Shown here one piece after another: positions 26,167 to 36,195 of a stretch of DNA of 64,000 bases. Under the pieces are notes generated by a model. The model did not search any database and was not told where the DNA came from. It was given only the letters and a program-made list of their open reading frames with translations. The translations under genes and the position numbers were made by a program. Within the stretch, counting starts at the first letter, position 1. Each line of letters starts with the position of its first letter. Source of the stretch: Bacteroidales bacterium (lineage in GTDB: Bacteria; Bacteroidota; Bacteroidia; Bacteroidales; UBA4417); NCBI GenBank assembly GCA_038237165.1, contig JBBRYZ010000003.1:2898-66897 (forward strand), given 5' to 3'.

Positions 26167-29100
26167 ATGAAGTCTTCTTTACTTTTCAAAGGCAGGGTTG
26201 CCTTACTTGCCCTGATCCTGGTTACTTTCACCCAAAATGTGAAATCGCAGGAACCCGTGGTTCAAACTGCTGTACATTTCGACGTTTCGGCTCCATTACG
26301 TGATATGAAGGTAAAAAAAACTGCATTCTGGAAAAAATGGATGACAGAAACCGAAAAGGAAATCCCGAATAAGTTTCATATTAAGCCGGTGATACATCCT
26401 GAATATATGAACCAAACTGACGGAGCAATGCAAAATGCTTCCAAAAAGGAGGCTCAGGGTGCAATCATAAATCCGGTTACAAATTTCGACGGGATAAATA
26501 ATTCCAAAAACAAAAGGGGGAGGTTTACACCTCCCGATCCTGCCGGCGATGTAGGACCGAATCATTATGTACAGGCTGTTAACTGTATGCTACAAATATT
26601 CAGTAAAACCGGCACTTCAATATACGGACCGGTAGAAACATCAACCATTTGGAGTGGTTTTGACGGCATTTGGAATAATGATTTAGATAACAAAAATCAT
26701 GTTCATAACGATGGAGACGCAATTATAATGTATGATGAAAATGCCGACCGCTGGATTATAAGCCAGTTTGCTGTGGATTGCGGCACTTTTCCCAATTACA
26801 CTGAATATGAACTGGTAGCCGTTTCGCAGACAGCTGACCCAACTGGCGCATATTATCGATATGCTTTTAAGTTCGATCATATGCCCGATTATCCAAAAAT
26901 GGGTGTGTGGAGCGATGGATACTACCTGGCAGTAAACCGCTTCAATACCAACAGTTCCTCGTCACCTGCCATTGGAGCAGGTATGGCCGTATTGGAACGC
27001 GATAAAATGTTGGCTGGAGATCCTCTGGCCAGAATGATCTATGCAAAAACTGAAACCTTAGGAGGTAGTGGTTCAGGTCTGGGTTCCGACTGTTTCAGCA
27101 TGCTTCCGGGCGATTGCGACGGCACATTTGCCCCAGCAGGCACACCCAATTATTTCACTTATATAAATGATGATTCATGGGGCGGAAAAGATGAGCTCCG
27201 GATATGGTCGTTAAAACCCGACTGGACTGCAGGCACAGCTATCGCTTCTTTTGTTACGGCTCTGCCGGTTGCCGCGTTTGCAACATACTCTACTTATGCA
27301 ATTTCCCAAAAAGATGTAACGCTTAAACTTGATGATCTCAGCGACAGGCTGATGCATCGCCTTCAATACCGTAATATGGGGACCTACGAAAGCATGGTTA
27401 CCTGTCATACGGTGAATTCAGGCAGTAATATTGCCGGTGTTCGTTGGTACGAGATGCGTAAAAGCGGCGCATCCTGGACACTATACCAGCAAGGCACATA
27501 TGCTTTTGCCGACAGCAAATCGCGCTGGCTTGGCAGCATAGCCATGAACGGAAACGGTGACATTGCATTAGGCTATACACTTTCGGGCACAAATGATTTT
27601 CCTTCCATTTACATTACAGGCCGCAAAGCCACTGATGCTCCCGGAACAATGACTGTTGCTGAAAGTCCTATTGTTGTGGGTGCCGCGTCAATGACCGGGG
27701 CCGACCGCTGGGGTGATTATGCTATGATGAGCGTTGACCCTGTTGACAATAAAACATTCTGGCATACCAACCAATATGTTGGCACTTACGGCGGCAGTTA
27801 TCCCTGGTCCACCCGCATCGCTTCATTTGTATTTTCTAATACCCCTATAGTGGCAACACTGCCTGCAACAAATATTACAGGTACTTCATCTACTTTTAAT
27901 GGCACAGTGAACCCGAACGGACTGGCTACAGATTATTATTTTAAATGGGGGACCTCCGCATCTTATGGAAATGTTACTCCAACTTTATCAGCAGGAACCG
28001 TTTCGACAGTTGTACCTGTTTATGCAGATATTGCAGGACTTACACCGGGTACGCTTTATCATTACAGCGTGGTAGCTTCCAACAGTGATGGGACAGCTAT
28101 TGGAGCAGACCTAACCATTATTGGTGGCCAGGCTGAAGTAACTACTACCGGCATTACAAATATCACTGCCACAACAGCTACAGGTGGTGGTAATGTAACA
28201 GCTAATGGTGGAAGCACAGTTACGCGTGGCGTTTGCTGGAGCATTTCGGCCAATCCTACCATTACAGATGCAATTACTACCGATGGAACAGGCATAGGAA
28301 TTTATACAAGTTCAATTACGGTTCTGCTTCCCGCAACAATTTATCATGTTCGTGCTTACGTTACTAATGCTGCCGGTACAGCTTACGGAAGCGATGTGAC
28401 ATTTACTTCAGGTTCTTTAAATACTCCCGCTGCAACGGATGCTACAACCGTTACATCAAATGGCTTTACAGCCAATTGGAGCGCTGTTGACGGAGCCAAT
28501 TCCTACGACCTGGATGTTTCCTTGTATCCAACCTTCAGCATTGGCGGGGGAAATTCGACACTTACGGAGGGCTTCAACAGTGGCTTTACTGCACCGGCAG
28601 GCTGGACATTTACAAATATAGGCGGCACATATACTTCGGCAGGAAATTTCGGTGTAGCTTCACCTTCACTTAAAATGGATGCAACAGGCGATGCTGTTGA
28701 AACTCCAATGCTTGCCTCAGCTGCGACACAGCTAAGTTTCTGGTGTAAAGGACAGTCCGTCAATACATCAAGTTCCCTGCTGATTGAAGGATTCAACGGG
28801 AGTTCATGGGTTACCATCGACACATATAGTCCGCTTCCGATCGTAGCCACAACTAAAACCTACAATTCATCATCCACACCTGCATTACATGCAAATATGG
28901 TTAAATTCAGGCTCTCCTATTCAAAAAGCACAGGCAACCTGGCACTTGATGATGTAAGTATAATTTCGGGAGGAACAGTTCCTTCATTTGTTGGCGGGTA
29001 CGAAAGCCTGTCGGTTAGTGGGATTTCACAATCTGTTACAGGCTTGGCTGCTTCTGTTCCTTATTATTACAGGGTAAGAGCTAAAAGTGGATCGAATTCG

Positions 29101-31269
29101 AGTGGAAGTTCTAATGTTATCAAAGTATCTACAACGGGTGGAGGAACCACTCCCGCAATTTATGTTACACCTGCAACTCTCACTGCTTTTACATATGTTC
29201 CGGGAAGTGGACCTTCGGCTTCCAATACATACAACCTGAGTGGGATCAATCTAACAGGTGCTCCGGGCATAATTAGTATTACCGGTAGCGCTAATTATGA
29301 AGTTTCAACCGATAACAATGCATTCAGTGGAAACTTAACTGTTCCCTATGCAACAGCCACCCTGGCCGCCAGCCCTGTATTTGTGAGACTGAAAGCCGGA
29401 TTGAGCGCAGGAATCTACAACAATGAAATAATCGCCAATGCTGGCGGTGGCGCAACAACTATTAATGTTACATGCAGTGGAAATGTTGCTGTACTGCCAG
29501 CTCCTGCAATCGTTGCCGGCACACTGGCTGCTTTCAGCGATCAGATTATTAACACGGTTTCTGCTGAGCAAAGTTTTGCTGTTTCAGGAACCGACCTGGT
29601 TGCTGATATTACACTTACACCTCCGGCAGGATTTGAAATTTCATCCACTTCAGGTTCCGGATTTGTTGCTAACCCAAATACTTTGACATTAACACAAATC
29701 GGCGGTATTATTTCTTCCACTTTGGTTTATGTGCATTTTGTGCCAACCTTAGTACAGACATACATTGGTAATATTTCGCTTGCAAGCGCCGGAGCAACAT
29801 CACAAACTGTTGCAGTAAGCAGCGCCGGTATTAACGAACCAACTACTCCCCAGGTAGTAATAAGCCAGGTATACGGAGGTGGTGGAAATAGTGGAGCGAC
29901 TTATAAAAATGATTTTATTGAACTATTCAACCGCGGTACATCAAGTGTGAACCTAAACGGATGGTCAGTTCAATATGCATCAGCAACCGGAACAACCTGG
30001 GCGGCCACTAACTTGCCAAATATCACGTTAGTTCCCGGCCAATATTGTCTGATACAGGAAGCAGCCGGAACTGGAGGAACAACGGCACTTCCAACACCGG
30101 ATGTCACAGGAACCCTGGCAATGTCGGGAACTAACGGCAAAATAGCACTTGTAAATAACAGTACTGCCCTCACTGGTGCTTGTCCAAGTGGAACAAATAT
30201 TGAAGATTTTGTAGGTTATGGTTCTACTGCAAGTTGTTTTGAAGGAACAGGCCCAACCCCGGTAGTAAGCAATACAACTTCAGCTATACGATTATCAAAC
30301 GGGTGTACAGATACCGACCAGAATGCTACCGATTTTGTTGCCGGTCCTCCTGTTCCAAGGAATACAGCTACTATTCCCAATCCCTGTTTCGTTCCTTCGC
30401 CATTATTAACTGCTACACCTTCCACTCTTTCAGGATTCGCCTATCTTGAAGGAAATGGCCCGTCAATAGCACAGAGTTACATCCTAAGTGGCAGTATTCT
30501 TACCACGCCTGGCACAATAGTCGTAACAGGCAGCACAGATTATGAAGTCTCGGCGGATAACAGCACATTCGGAGGAACTGTTAATGTTACCTATGAATCG
30601 CCAACACTTGCAAGCACGCCAATTTATGTAAGGCTGAAATCCGGGCTCTCCGTCGGCACATATAATGCGCAACTGATTACCAACACAGGTGGCGGTGCTG
30701 TAACTGTTAATACTATCTGCAACGGAAGCGTTCTATCTTCACTTGCAGCACCGTTGGCCAAAGCTGCTACGAATGTTACAGCAAACGGTTTTTCGGCTAA
30801 TTGGAATACTGCAGCTGGTGCCACAGCATACCAGATTGATGTTGCAACAGATAATACTTTTGCAAGCCCGGTTTCGGGTTACAATAACCTGGATGTAAGC
30901 AATGTTAATACATACGGGATTAACGGGTTGGCATACAGTACGCCTTACTTTTACCGAGTAAGAGCTTATTCGGGAACTGTTGCAAGCAATAACTCAAATA
31001 CAATCAATTTAACCACACTCCTGAATACAGGTTTTAACTTCGACGAAAAAGCGCTTTCTGATGCTTATAGTTTCCAGAAAACCGTTTTTATAAACAACAA
31101 GGACAACACCAAAGGTGAGTTTTTCATTTACACTTCGGGCGGGAAATTGGTTTACTCAGCACCAGCAGTTCAAGGAATCACCAGATATTACCTGAATGAA
31201 CCAGGTGTTTACGTGGTGAAAGTGATTACCTCGAATGTGAATATGGTTAAGAAATTAGTAATCAAGTAA
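26167..31269 (+). CDS. 1700-aa T9SS-secreted multidomain surface protein (N-terminal propeller-like module, FN3-like and Ig-like repeats, lamin-tail domain, C-terminal sorting domain)
   Basis: Signal peptide ..VKS|QEP. LTD signature VVISQVYGGGGNSGATYKNDFIELFNRGTSSVNLNGWSVQYASATGTTW. FN3-like NSYDLDVS...YYYRVRA and TAYQIDVA...YFYRVRA. Three copies of a roughly 110-aa repeat. CTD ..GVYVVKVITSNVNMVKKLVIK. Confidence 0.8.
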   Translation: MKSSLLFKGRVALLALILVTFTQNVKSQEPVVQTAVHFDVSAPLRDMKVKKTAFWKKWMTETEKEIPNKFHIKPVIHPEYMNQTDGAMQNASKKEAQGAIINPVTNFDGINNSKNKRGRFTPPDPAGDVGPNHYVQAVNCMLQIFSKTGTSIYGPVETSTIWSGFDGIWNNDLDNKNHVHNDGDAIIMYDENADRWIISQFAVDCGTFPNYTEYELVAVSQTADPTGAYYRYAFKFDHMPDYPKMGVWSDGYYLAVNRFNTNSSSSPAIGAGMAVLERDKMLAGDPLARMIYAKTETLGGSGSGLGSDCFSMLPGDCDGTFAPAGTPNYFTYINDDSWGGKDELRIWSLKPDWTAGTAIASFVTALPVAAFATYSTYAISQKDVTLKLDDLSDRLMHRLQYRNMGTYESMVTCHTVNSGSNIAGVRWYEMRKSGASWTLYQQGTYAFADSKSRWLGSIAMNGNGDIALGYTLSGTNDFPSIYITGRKATDAPGTMTVAESPIVVGAASMTGADRWGDYAMMSVDPVDNKTFWHTNQYVGTYGGSYPWSTRIASFVFSNTPIVATLPATNITGTSSTFNGTVNPNGLATDYYFKWGTSASYGNVTPTLSAGTVSTVVPVYADIAGLTPGTLYHYSVVASNSDGTAIGADLTIIGGQAEVTTTGITNITATTATGGGNVTANGGSTVTRGVCWSISANPTITDAITTDGTGIGIYTSSITVLLPATIYHVRAYVTNAAGTAYGSDVTFTSGSLNTPAATDATTVTSNGFTANWSAVDGANSYDLDVSLYPTFSIGGGNSTLTEGFNSGFTAPAGWTFTNIGGTYTSAGNFGVASPSLKMDATGDAVETPMLASAATQLSFWCKGQSVNTSSSLLIEGFNGSSWVTIDTYSPLPIVATTKTYNSSSTPALHANMVKFRLSYSKSTGNLALDDVSIISGGTVPSFVGGYESLSVSGISQSVTGLAASVPYYYRVRAKSGSNSSGSSNVIKVSTTGGGTTPAIYVTPATLTAFTYVPGSGPSASNTYNLSGINLTGAPGIISITGSANYEVSTDNNAFSGNLTVPYATATLAASPVFVRLKAGLSAGIYNNEIIANAGGGATTINVTCSGNVAVLPAPAIVAGTLAAFSDQIINTVSAEQSFAVSGTDLVADITLTPPAGFEISSTSGSGFVANPNTLTLTQIGGIISSTLVYVHFVPTLVQTYIGNISLASAGATSQTVAVSSAGINEPTTPQVVISQVYGGGGNSGATYKNDFIELFNRGTSSVNLNGWSVQYASATGTTWAATNLPNITLVPGQYCLIQEAAGTGGTTALPTPDVTGTLAMSGTNGKIALVNNSTALTGACPSGTNIEDFVGYGSTASCFEGTGPTPVVSNTTSAIRLSNGCTDTDQNATDFVAGPPVPRNTATIPNPCFVPSPLLTATPSTLSGFAYLEGNGPSIAQSYILSGSILTTPGTIVVTGSTDYEVSADNSTFGGTVNVTYESPTLASTPIYVRLKSGLSVGTYNAQLITNTGGGAVTVNTICNGSVLSSLAAPLAKAATNVTANGFSANWNTAAGATAYQIDVATDNTFASPVSGYNNLDVSNVNTYGINGLAYSTPYFYRVRAYSGTVASNNSNTINLTTLLNTGFNFDEKALSDAYSFQKTVFINNKDNTKGEFFIYTSGGKLVYSAPAVQGITRYYLNEPGVYVVKVITSNVNMVKKLVIK

Positions 31270-31331
31270 TTGAAATCAGGAATTAGACTGCCTCAAGGAG
31301 AGGAAAATGTATGTCTTGATTTACTAAAAAT

Positions 31332-31370
31332 GAAAAGTCTTCCTGTTACTACAGGAAGACTTTTTCATTT
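31332..31370 (+). terminator. intrinsic terminator of the giant gene
   Basis: gaaaagtcttcctgt-tact-acaggaagacttttt. Confidence 0.8.
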
Positions 31371-31402
31371 AAGAAACACAATTATTTTGGATTCATTGTA
31401 AA

Positions 31403-31440
31403 CAAAAAAAAGCCTTTCCCGTTTCCGGAGAAGGCTTTTC
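31403..31440 (-). terminator. intrinsic terminator of lysS
   Basis: On the minus strand: aaaagccttctcc-ggaaac-gggaaaggctttttttt, 17 nt after the lysS stop. Confidence 0.7.
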
Positions 31441-31456
31441 CTATTAATGATATTAA

Positions 31457-33187
31457 TTATTTCCCGCACCAGGCACTTACTTCTTCGAGGCGTAATGAAG
31501 GAATATCGAGTTTTAGTTTTTTGCGTAATCCACTCAGTTCGTGAAGTAATTTGTTCGGATTTGCTTCCTTGAGGTCAGCTGGTGCTTTAATCCCGGCTTT
31601 GCGCAATACCGGAACCCAGTCAGTTGGAATTCCAATAGCTACAAATTCTTCATCAGTTGCTCCGGTAACAACAGTTGCTTTTTCGGGGCGCATCTGAGGA
31701 AAGAAAAGTACATCCTGAATGGATTGTTGATTTGTCATTATCATTGTTAACCGGTCGATTCCGATACCCAGACCGGCTGTTGGGGGCATTCCATACTCAA
31801 GTGAACGGAGAAAATCTTCATCAAGAACCATGGATTCATCATCGCCACGTTTTCCTAGTTCAAGCTGTTCTTCGAAACGGGCACGCTGGTCGATAGGATC
31901 GTTCAATTCGCTGAAAGCATTGCATAGTTCCTTGCCGTTACAGATAGCTTCGAAGCGTTCAACAAGCCCGGGTTTGCTGCGGTGCTTTTTGGCAAGCGGC
32001 GACATTTCGACCGGGTAATCAGTAATAAACGTGGGTTGTATAAGCTTTGCCTCGGCAGTTTCGCCAAATAGCTCATCGATAAGCTTGCCTTTGCCCATGC
32101 TCTCATTGGTTTCGATATTGAACTTCTTGCAAGTAGCACGAAGTTCGTCTTCCGTCATTTCCGAAATATCTACACCTGTAAAATGCTGAACCGCTTCAAA
32201 CATAGTAAAACGTTTCCAGGGACGTTTGAAATCTATTTCATTATCTCCTACCTGAACTTTGGTTGTCCCGTGCAGATCAATGGCAATACGTTCAACCATT
32301 TCCTCCACGGCATTCATCATCCATTCGTAATCTTTGTAAGCAACGTAAAGTTCCATTTGAGTAAACTCAGGATTATGAAACCGGTCCATGCCTTCGTTGC
32401 GGAAGTCTTTCGAAAATTCAAAAACTCCATCATAACCACCAACAATCAACCTTTTAAGATATAACTCATTGGCAATACGCATATACAGCGTCATGTCGAG
32501 GCTGTTGTGGTGCGTTTTGAACGGACGGGCTGCCGCGCCGCCATAAAGTGGCTGCAGAATAGGAGTTTCAACTTCGAGATAACCTTTGCTGCTCAGGAAG
32601 TTGCGCATGGTATTTACGAGCCGGGTGCGTTTCACAAACACTTCGCGGACTTCAGGATTCACGATAAGGTCAACGTAACGTTGGCGGTAGCGGACTTCCG
32701 GATCGCTGAAAGCATCAAAAACCTGTTCGTCTTTTTCTTTTACAACTGGCAGAACGCGTAATGATTTACTGAGCAGTTTCAGCGATTTCACATGAATGGA
32801 AATCTCGCCCATCTGGGTAATAAAAACAAAACCGCTTACTCCAATAATATCGCCTATATCCATAAGGCGTTTGAATGCCGTATTATAGAGGGTTTTATCT
32901 TCGCTTTCGCAAATATCGTCGCGCTTAATGTAAAGCTGAATACGTCCGCTACTGTCCTGCAAATCCACAAAAGAGGCGGCACCCATAATGCGGCGTGTCA
33001 TTATGCGGCCGGCAATACTTACATCCTGGAAAGCGTGATGGTTCTCCGGATTGTATTCGGCAAGTATAGTCTGTGCTGTAACGTTAATGGGGAAACTTTC
33101 AGCCGGATAGGGATTTATACCCAGTGCAGCCAGTTCGGTTAATGAATTACGTCGTATTTGTTCCTGTTCGCTGAATTCAAGTTGCAT
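31457..33187 (-). CDS. lysS: lysine--tRNA ligase (class II)
   Basis: [16 protein letters not shown]..., class II motifs [15 protein letters not shown] and GIGIDRL. The start at 33187 is preferred over the track start at 33238 because a TATCTTTG box sits between them. Confidence 0.95.
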   Translation of the reverse strand: MQLEFSEQEQIRRNSLTELAALGINPYPAESFPINVTAQTILAEYNPENHHAFQDVSIAGRIMTRRIMGAASFVDLQDSSGRIQLYIKRDDICESEDKTLYNTAFKRLMDIGDIIGVSGFVFITQMGEISIHVKSLKLLSKSLRVLPVVKEKDEQVFDAFSDPEVRYRQRYVDLIVNPEVREVFVKRTRLVNTMRNFLSSKGYLEVETPILQPLYGGAAARPFKTHHNSLDMTLYMRIANELYLKRLIVGGYDGVFEFSKDFRNEGMDRFHNPEFTQMELYVAYKDYEWMMNAVEEMVERIAIDLHGTTKVQVGDNEIDFKRPWKRFTMFEAVQHFTGVDISEMTEDELRATCKKFNIETNESMGKGKLIDELFGETAEAKLIQPTFITDYPVEMSPLAKKHRSKPGLVERFEAICNGKELCNAFSELNDPIDQRARFEEQLELGKRGDDESMVLDEDFLRSLEYGMPPTAGLGIGIDRLTMIMTNQQSIQDVLFFPQMRPEKATVVTGATDEEFVAIGIPTDWVPVLRKAGIKAPADLKEANPNKLLHELSGLRKKLKLDIPSLRLEEVSAWCGK

Positions 33188-33201
33188 TTTGAAATTTTTT
33201 G

Positions 33202-33209
33202 CAAAGATA
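33202..33209 (-). promoter_or_regulatory. -7 box TATCTTTG upstream of lysS
   Basis: Exact TAnnTTTG on the minus strand, 14 nt upstream of the ATG at 33187. Confidence 0.35.
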
Positions 33210-33317
33210 GGAAATAGCAGCAATTGGGGAAACACCAACGTAAGAAGAGTTCATAAAGCTTCAATCGAATTGGTTATGAGCCGGAAGAAAAGGTTTGAAG
33301 CGCCAGCCGGGTTAGCA

Positions 33318-33974
33318 TTATCGTGTTTTTATCTTGAATTTCCCTTTCCCATTCTTAAATTTGGCAATCCAATCTTTTCGAAGGTTACCCAAATTATCTT
33401 TTGCCAGCCAACCAGGTATCTCATCAGTTATTGCACTAATTGGGTCTTCAATAGGCCAATACTTTTTGTGGACACCGTTAATAGGAAGATAAGTTTCAAA
33501 TTTCACGATTCTGCTTTTAAACAGATGACATTCTTTTTGCACTTTAAAAATAACAATAAATGGATAGTATTTAACAGCACCCTTATAAAATACAGAATCT
33601 TCTATCCCATTAATTCGATTTATATCTGTAACAATTTTGCTCTTATTCGAAACCGGTTTGCTTAACGTAATTTTGTTATTCAAAATGATAAACAAATTTC
33701 TGTTTTGAACCTGAATGTACAAAATGGAGTCTTTCGGCAGTTCATGCGCATAAGCAATCGAAACTACTGCAACACTATAAGCATCATGTCCTTCTTCATT
33801 AATTAATTTAACTGCGTACGGATCGGAATTCAAATGATCAGGGAGTTTCGACATATAAACAAATTTATCCAGGATCTGAACAAATTCATTTTCATTAACT
33901 TGGAATGGTTTTTGACAAAGTACCAGTTTTGCTGAAGACAGGATAATAATCAGAATCAAGAATATTTTATTCAT
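33318..33974 (-). CDS. hypothetical secreted protein
   Basis: 218 aa. Signal peptide ..LVLC|QKP. No family recognised. Confidence 0.4.
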   Translation of the reverse strand: MNKIFLILIIILSSAKLVLCQKPFQVNENEFVQILDKFVYMSKLPDHLNSDPYAVKLINEEGHDAYSVAVVSIAYAHELPKDSILYIQVQNRNLFIILNNKITLSKPVSNKSKIVTDINRINGIEDSVFYKGAVKYYPFIVIFKVQKECHLFKSRIVKFETYLPINGVHKKYWPIEDPISAITDEIPGWLAKDNLGNLRKDWIAKFKNGKGKFKIKTR

Positions 33975-34218
33975 TTCAGTGCTTTAAATTTATGAATTTA
34001 TATGCTAAGGCAATAAATCACGTTCGATCCCATCTTATTTTCTGATGCGTGCAGCAGAGAGTTCTTTACTTCTTTCAAATGTACGATTGATCTTTAAATA
34101 CTATTCGATTTCAAGTAATATTATCTCCAAAGTTTTTAACTTTATTGAAACTGCACGTATCAGAATATATGATTCACCAACCGGAGTTATGATTACATAC
34201 AAATCAATATATCAATGT

Positions 34219-35214
34219 TTAGTTAATTGAGCTACTCTGTTTAGATTTATCAATCCAAAGCAATTTTAGCTTCCATTTGTTAATAGTAAAATATTTTATT
34301 GAATCGGCATACTTATCAATATCAACCCCTTGTGAAGAAAATGCCTGATTTGAATCTTCTTCATCTGTTTCGGCAATAATAACAGCCGGGTTATACGTGT
34401 TAATCACATCTTTGTCATTAAAACAATCTTTCCAAACCGGGAAGGAAATTGCTTTGCTTTTCCAGCTCAATGAAGGAGCCCATGCGCCAATAATCGGACT
34501 ATTTTGAAAGTTATATTTACCCAAATAAGTATTGACCTCCGAAATAACAAATGTTCTTCTTCCATAAGATGAGCCATAATCAATGCCATTTTTGATTCCA
34601 AGAGAAAATAAGATTAAAAAGGATAACGCTTTAATACTATAAGCCATCGGATTTTTCGTTTTTATACTTATTAATTCGTACAACACCAGCGATATTAATA
34701 ACCCCATTGCAAAATATAAACTTAACAAATACCTGGAGGGCAGATATGTCATCGACAACTTATGCATTTCCAATAGTATCCAACATGTTAATCCTATAAA
34801 AAGAAATCTGAACCGAGTAGATTCAGTAAAGAAAGTGTAAATCAGACCCGAGAGAAATAATATATAAAATGAAATTGTGTACCATTTTAAATAGTTATTA
34901 TAAAAGATAAAATTCAGAATAAAATTTAAATGGTGTGACAAATTCTGTATGCTGACAAATCTGCCAGTTGCTGTATTAGCAATTACATAATCATAAAATT
35001 CCTTATTGGGCAAATACCAGGCAAAGAAATAGATTGCCAGATAAATTAACAGGAAAAGAGAAGTATAGAATAACTGCTTAAGCAATAGTTTTTTATCAGT
35101 TGTCTTTATCAGCATGAAAACCAGTATTGATAAAGGAAGAATAAGTATGCTGTAAATGAACTGAATTTTTAGAAAATATACGATTGATATGAAAGTAGCC
35201 GATAAAAAACTGGA
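34219..35214 (-). pseudogene. 5'-truncated GT-C-type (ArnT/PMT-like) membrane glycosyltransferase gene
   Basis: Polytopic membrane ORF with a soluble C-terminal domain. The first 18 codons of the track ORF (MHGLKILIARIANPRQRG) are read from the REP element, so the native N-terminus is missing. Confidence 0.45.
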
Positions 35215-35272
35215 CCCCCGCTGGCGCGGATTTGCAATCCGTGCTATTAAGATTTTCAATCCGTGCAATTAG
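35215..35272 (+). repeat. REP copy 1
   Basis: cccccgctggcgcggatttgcaatccgtgctattaagattttcaatccgtgcaattag. Hairpin gcgcggatt/aatccgtgc with one G:T pair. Confidence 0.8.
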
Positions 35273-35297
35273 CCCACCTATCTATCTTTCATATTTA

Positions 35298-35510
35298 TCA
35301 GATAACTAATATATCCAACAATCCATTGTTCCCTGCATAATCAGTAGCACTGCTATATACATATTCTTCAGCTCTAAAAACCAGTCCAACCTCAACGGGA
35401 TTCTGATGTATATAAGTTAGTTTTTGAGCTATAACCGCATTGCTCCAAAGTTCTACAGGATGATTGTCGGCCCGCCAGAACCTGTTACCCTCTTCCGTTT
35501 CAAACTGTTT
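35298..35510 (-). pseudogene. 3' fragment of a duplicated RAYT gene
   Basis: Encodes ..QFETEEGNRFWRADNHPVELWSNAVIAQKLTYIHQNPVEVGLVFRAEEYVYSSATDYAGNNGLLDILVI, near-identical to the C-terminus of the intact copy. It lacks the HUH half. Confidence 0.8.
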
Positions 35511-35571
35511 CCCCCCCCGCTGGCGCGGATTTGCAATCCGTGCTATTAAGATTTTCAATCCGTGCAATTAG
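35511..35571 (+). repeat. REP copy 2
   Basis: Same sequence as copy 1, 299 bp downstream, immediately 3' of the intact RAYT gene. Confidence 0.8.
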
Positions 35572-35596
35572 CCTACCTATCTATCTTTCATATTTA

Positions 35597-36124
35597 TCAG
35601 ATAACTAATATATCCAACAATCCATTGTTTCCTGCATAATCAGTAGCACTGCTATATACATATTCTTCAGCTCTAAAAACCAGTCCTTCTTCAACGGGAT
35701 TCTGATGTATATAAGTTAGTTTTTGAGCTATAACCGCATTGCTCCAAAGTTCTACAGGATGATTGTCGGCCCGCCAGAACCGGTTACCCTCTTCCGTTTC
35801 AAACTGTTTCACCAACCACTCTTTCCTGCTTTCTCTTTGGTTTTCTGCAATTGCCTTTAATACAGCTTTACTGGTAAACTTCTTATAATCGCGAAGAATA
35901 TCAGATAATGTATGTCCTTCCTCTGCACGAACGATCAAATGAACATGATTAGTCATAATGCACCATGCAAAAATTTCCAACCCTTTGTTCTTTTGGCAAT
36001 AGGCCAGGTTATCAATAAGTATATCCTTGTATTCGTTGCGGGTAAAAACATCAACCCAGCCATGCACTGCAAACGTTACAAAATATACTCCATCCGGATT
36101 ATGGAATTTATATTTCCTGCTCAA
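35597..36124 (-). CDS. REP-associated tyrosine transposase (RAYT; IS200/IS605-like Y1 HUH enzyme)
   Basis: 175 aa. HUH motif TNHVHLIV, catalytic-Tyr region LTYIHQNPV. Flanked by inverted REPs. Confidence 0.85.
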   Translation of the reverse strand: MSRKYKFHNPDGVYFVTFAVHGWVDVFTRNEYKDILIDNLAYCQKNKGLEIFAWCIMTNHVHLIVRAEEGHTLSDILRDYKKFTSKAVLKAIAENQRESRKEWLVKQFETEEGNRFWRADNHPVELWSNAVIAQKLTYIHQNPVEEGLVFRAEEYVYSSATDYAGNNGLLDILVI

Positions 36125-36160
36125 CCTGCTTTTTTTTGTAAAGGTAATTGTTTTACGACT

Positions 36161-36195
36161 GTACCGGCACGGATGGCAAATCCGCGCCAGCGGGG
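36161..36195 (-). repeat. REP copy 3 (inverted)
   Basis: The reverse complement is ccccgctggcgcggatttgccatccgtgccggtac. Confidence 0.75.

Larger units (their letters stand above)
35215..36195. mobile_element. REPtron: RAYT gene plus three REP copies and a truncated RAYT duplicate
   Basis: See the component features. The REP core CCCGCTGGCGCGGATTTGCAATCCGTGC occurs twice directly and once inverted. Confidence 0.8.

Noticed and set aside
29100-30720. Divergent internal repeats in the giant gene as a possible diversity-generating retroelement target/template pair.
   Set aside because: No reverse transcriptase is nearby, and the differences are not adenine-specific. The repeats are ordinary diverged domain duplications.
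26296-30824. Numerous 60-115-aa ORFs on both strands inside the giant gene.
   Set aside because: All lie within, or antisense to, the single 1700-codon frame, which has coherent domain structure. Their Ala/Gly/Pro-rich composition reflects the local GC-richer repeat DNA.
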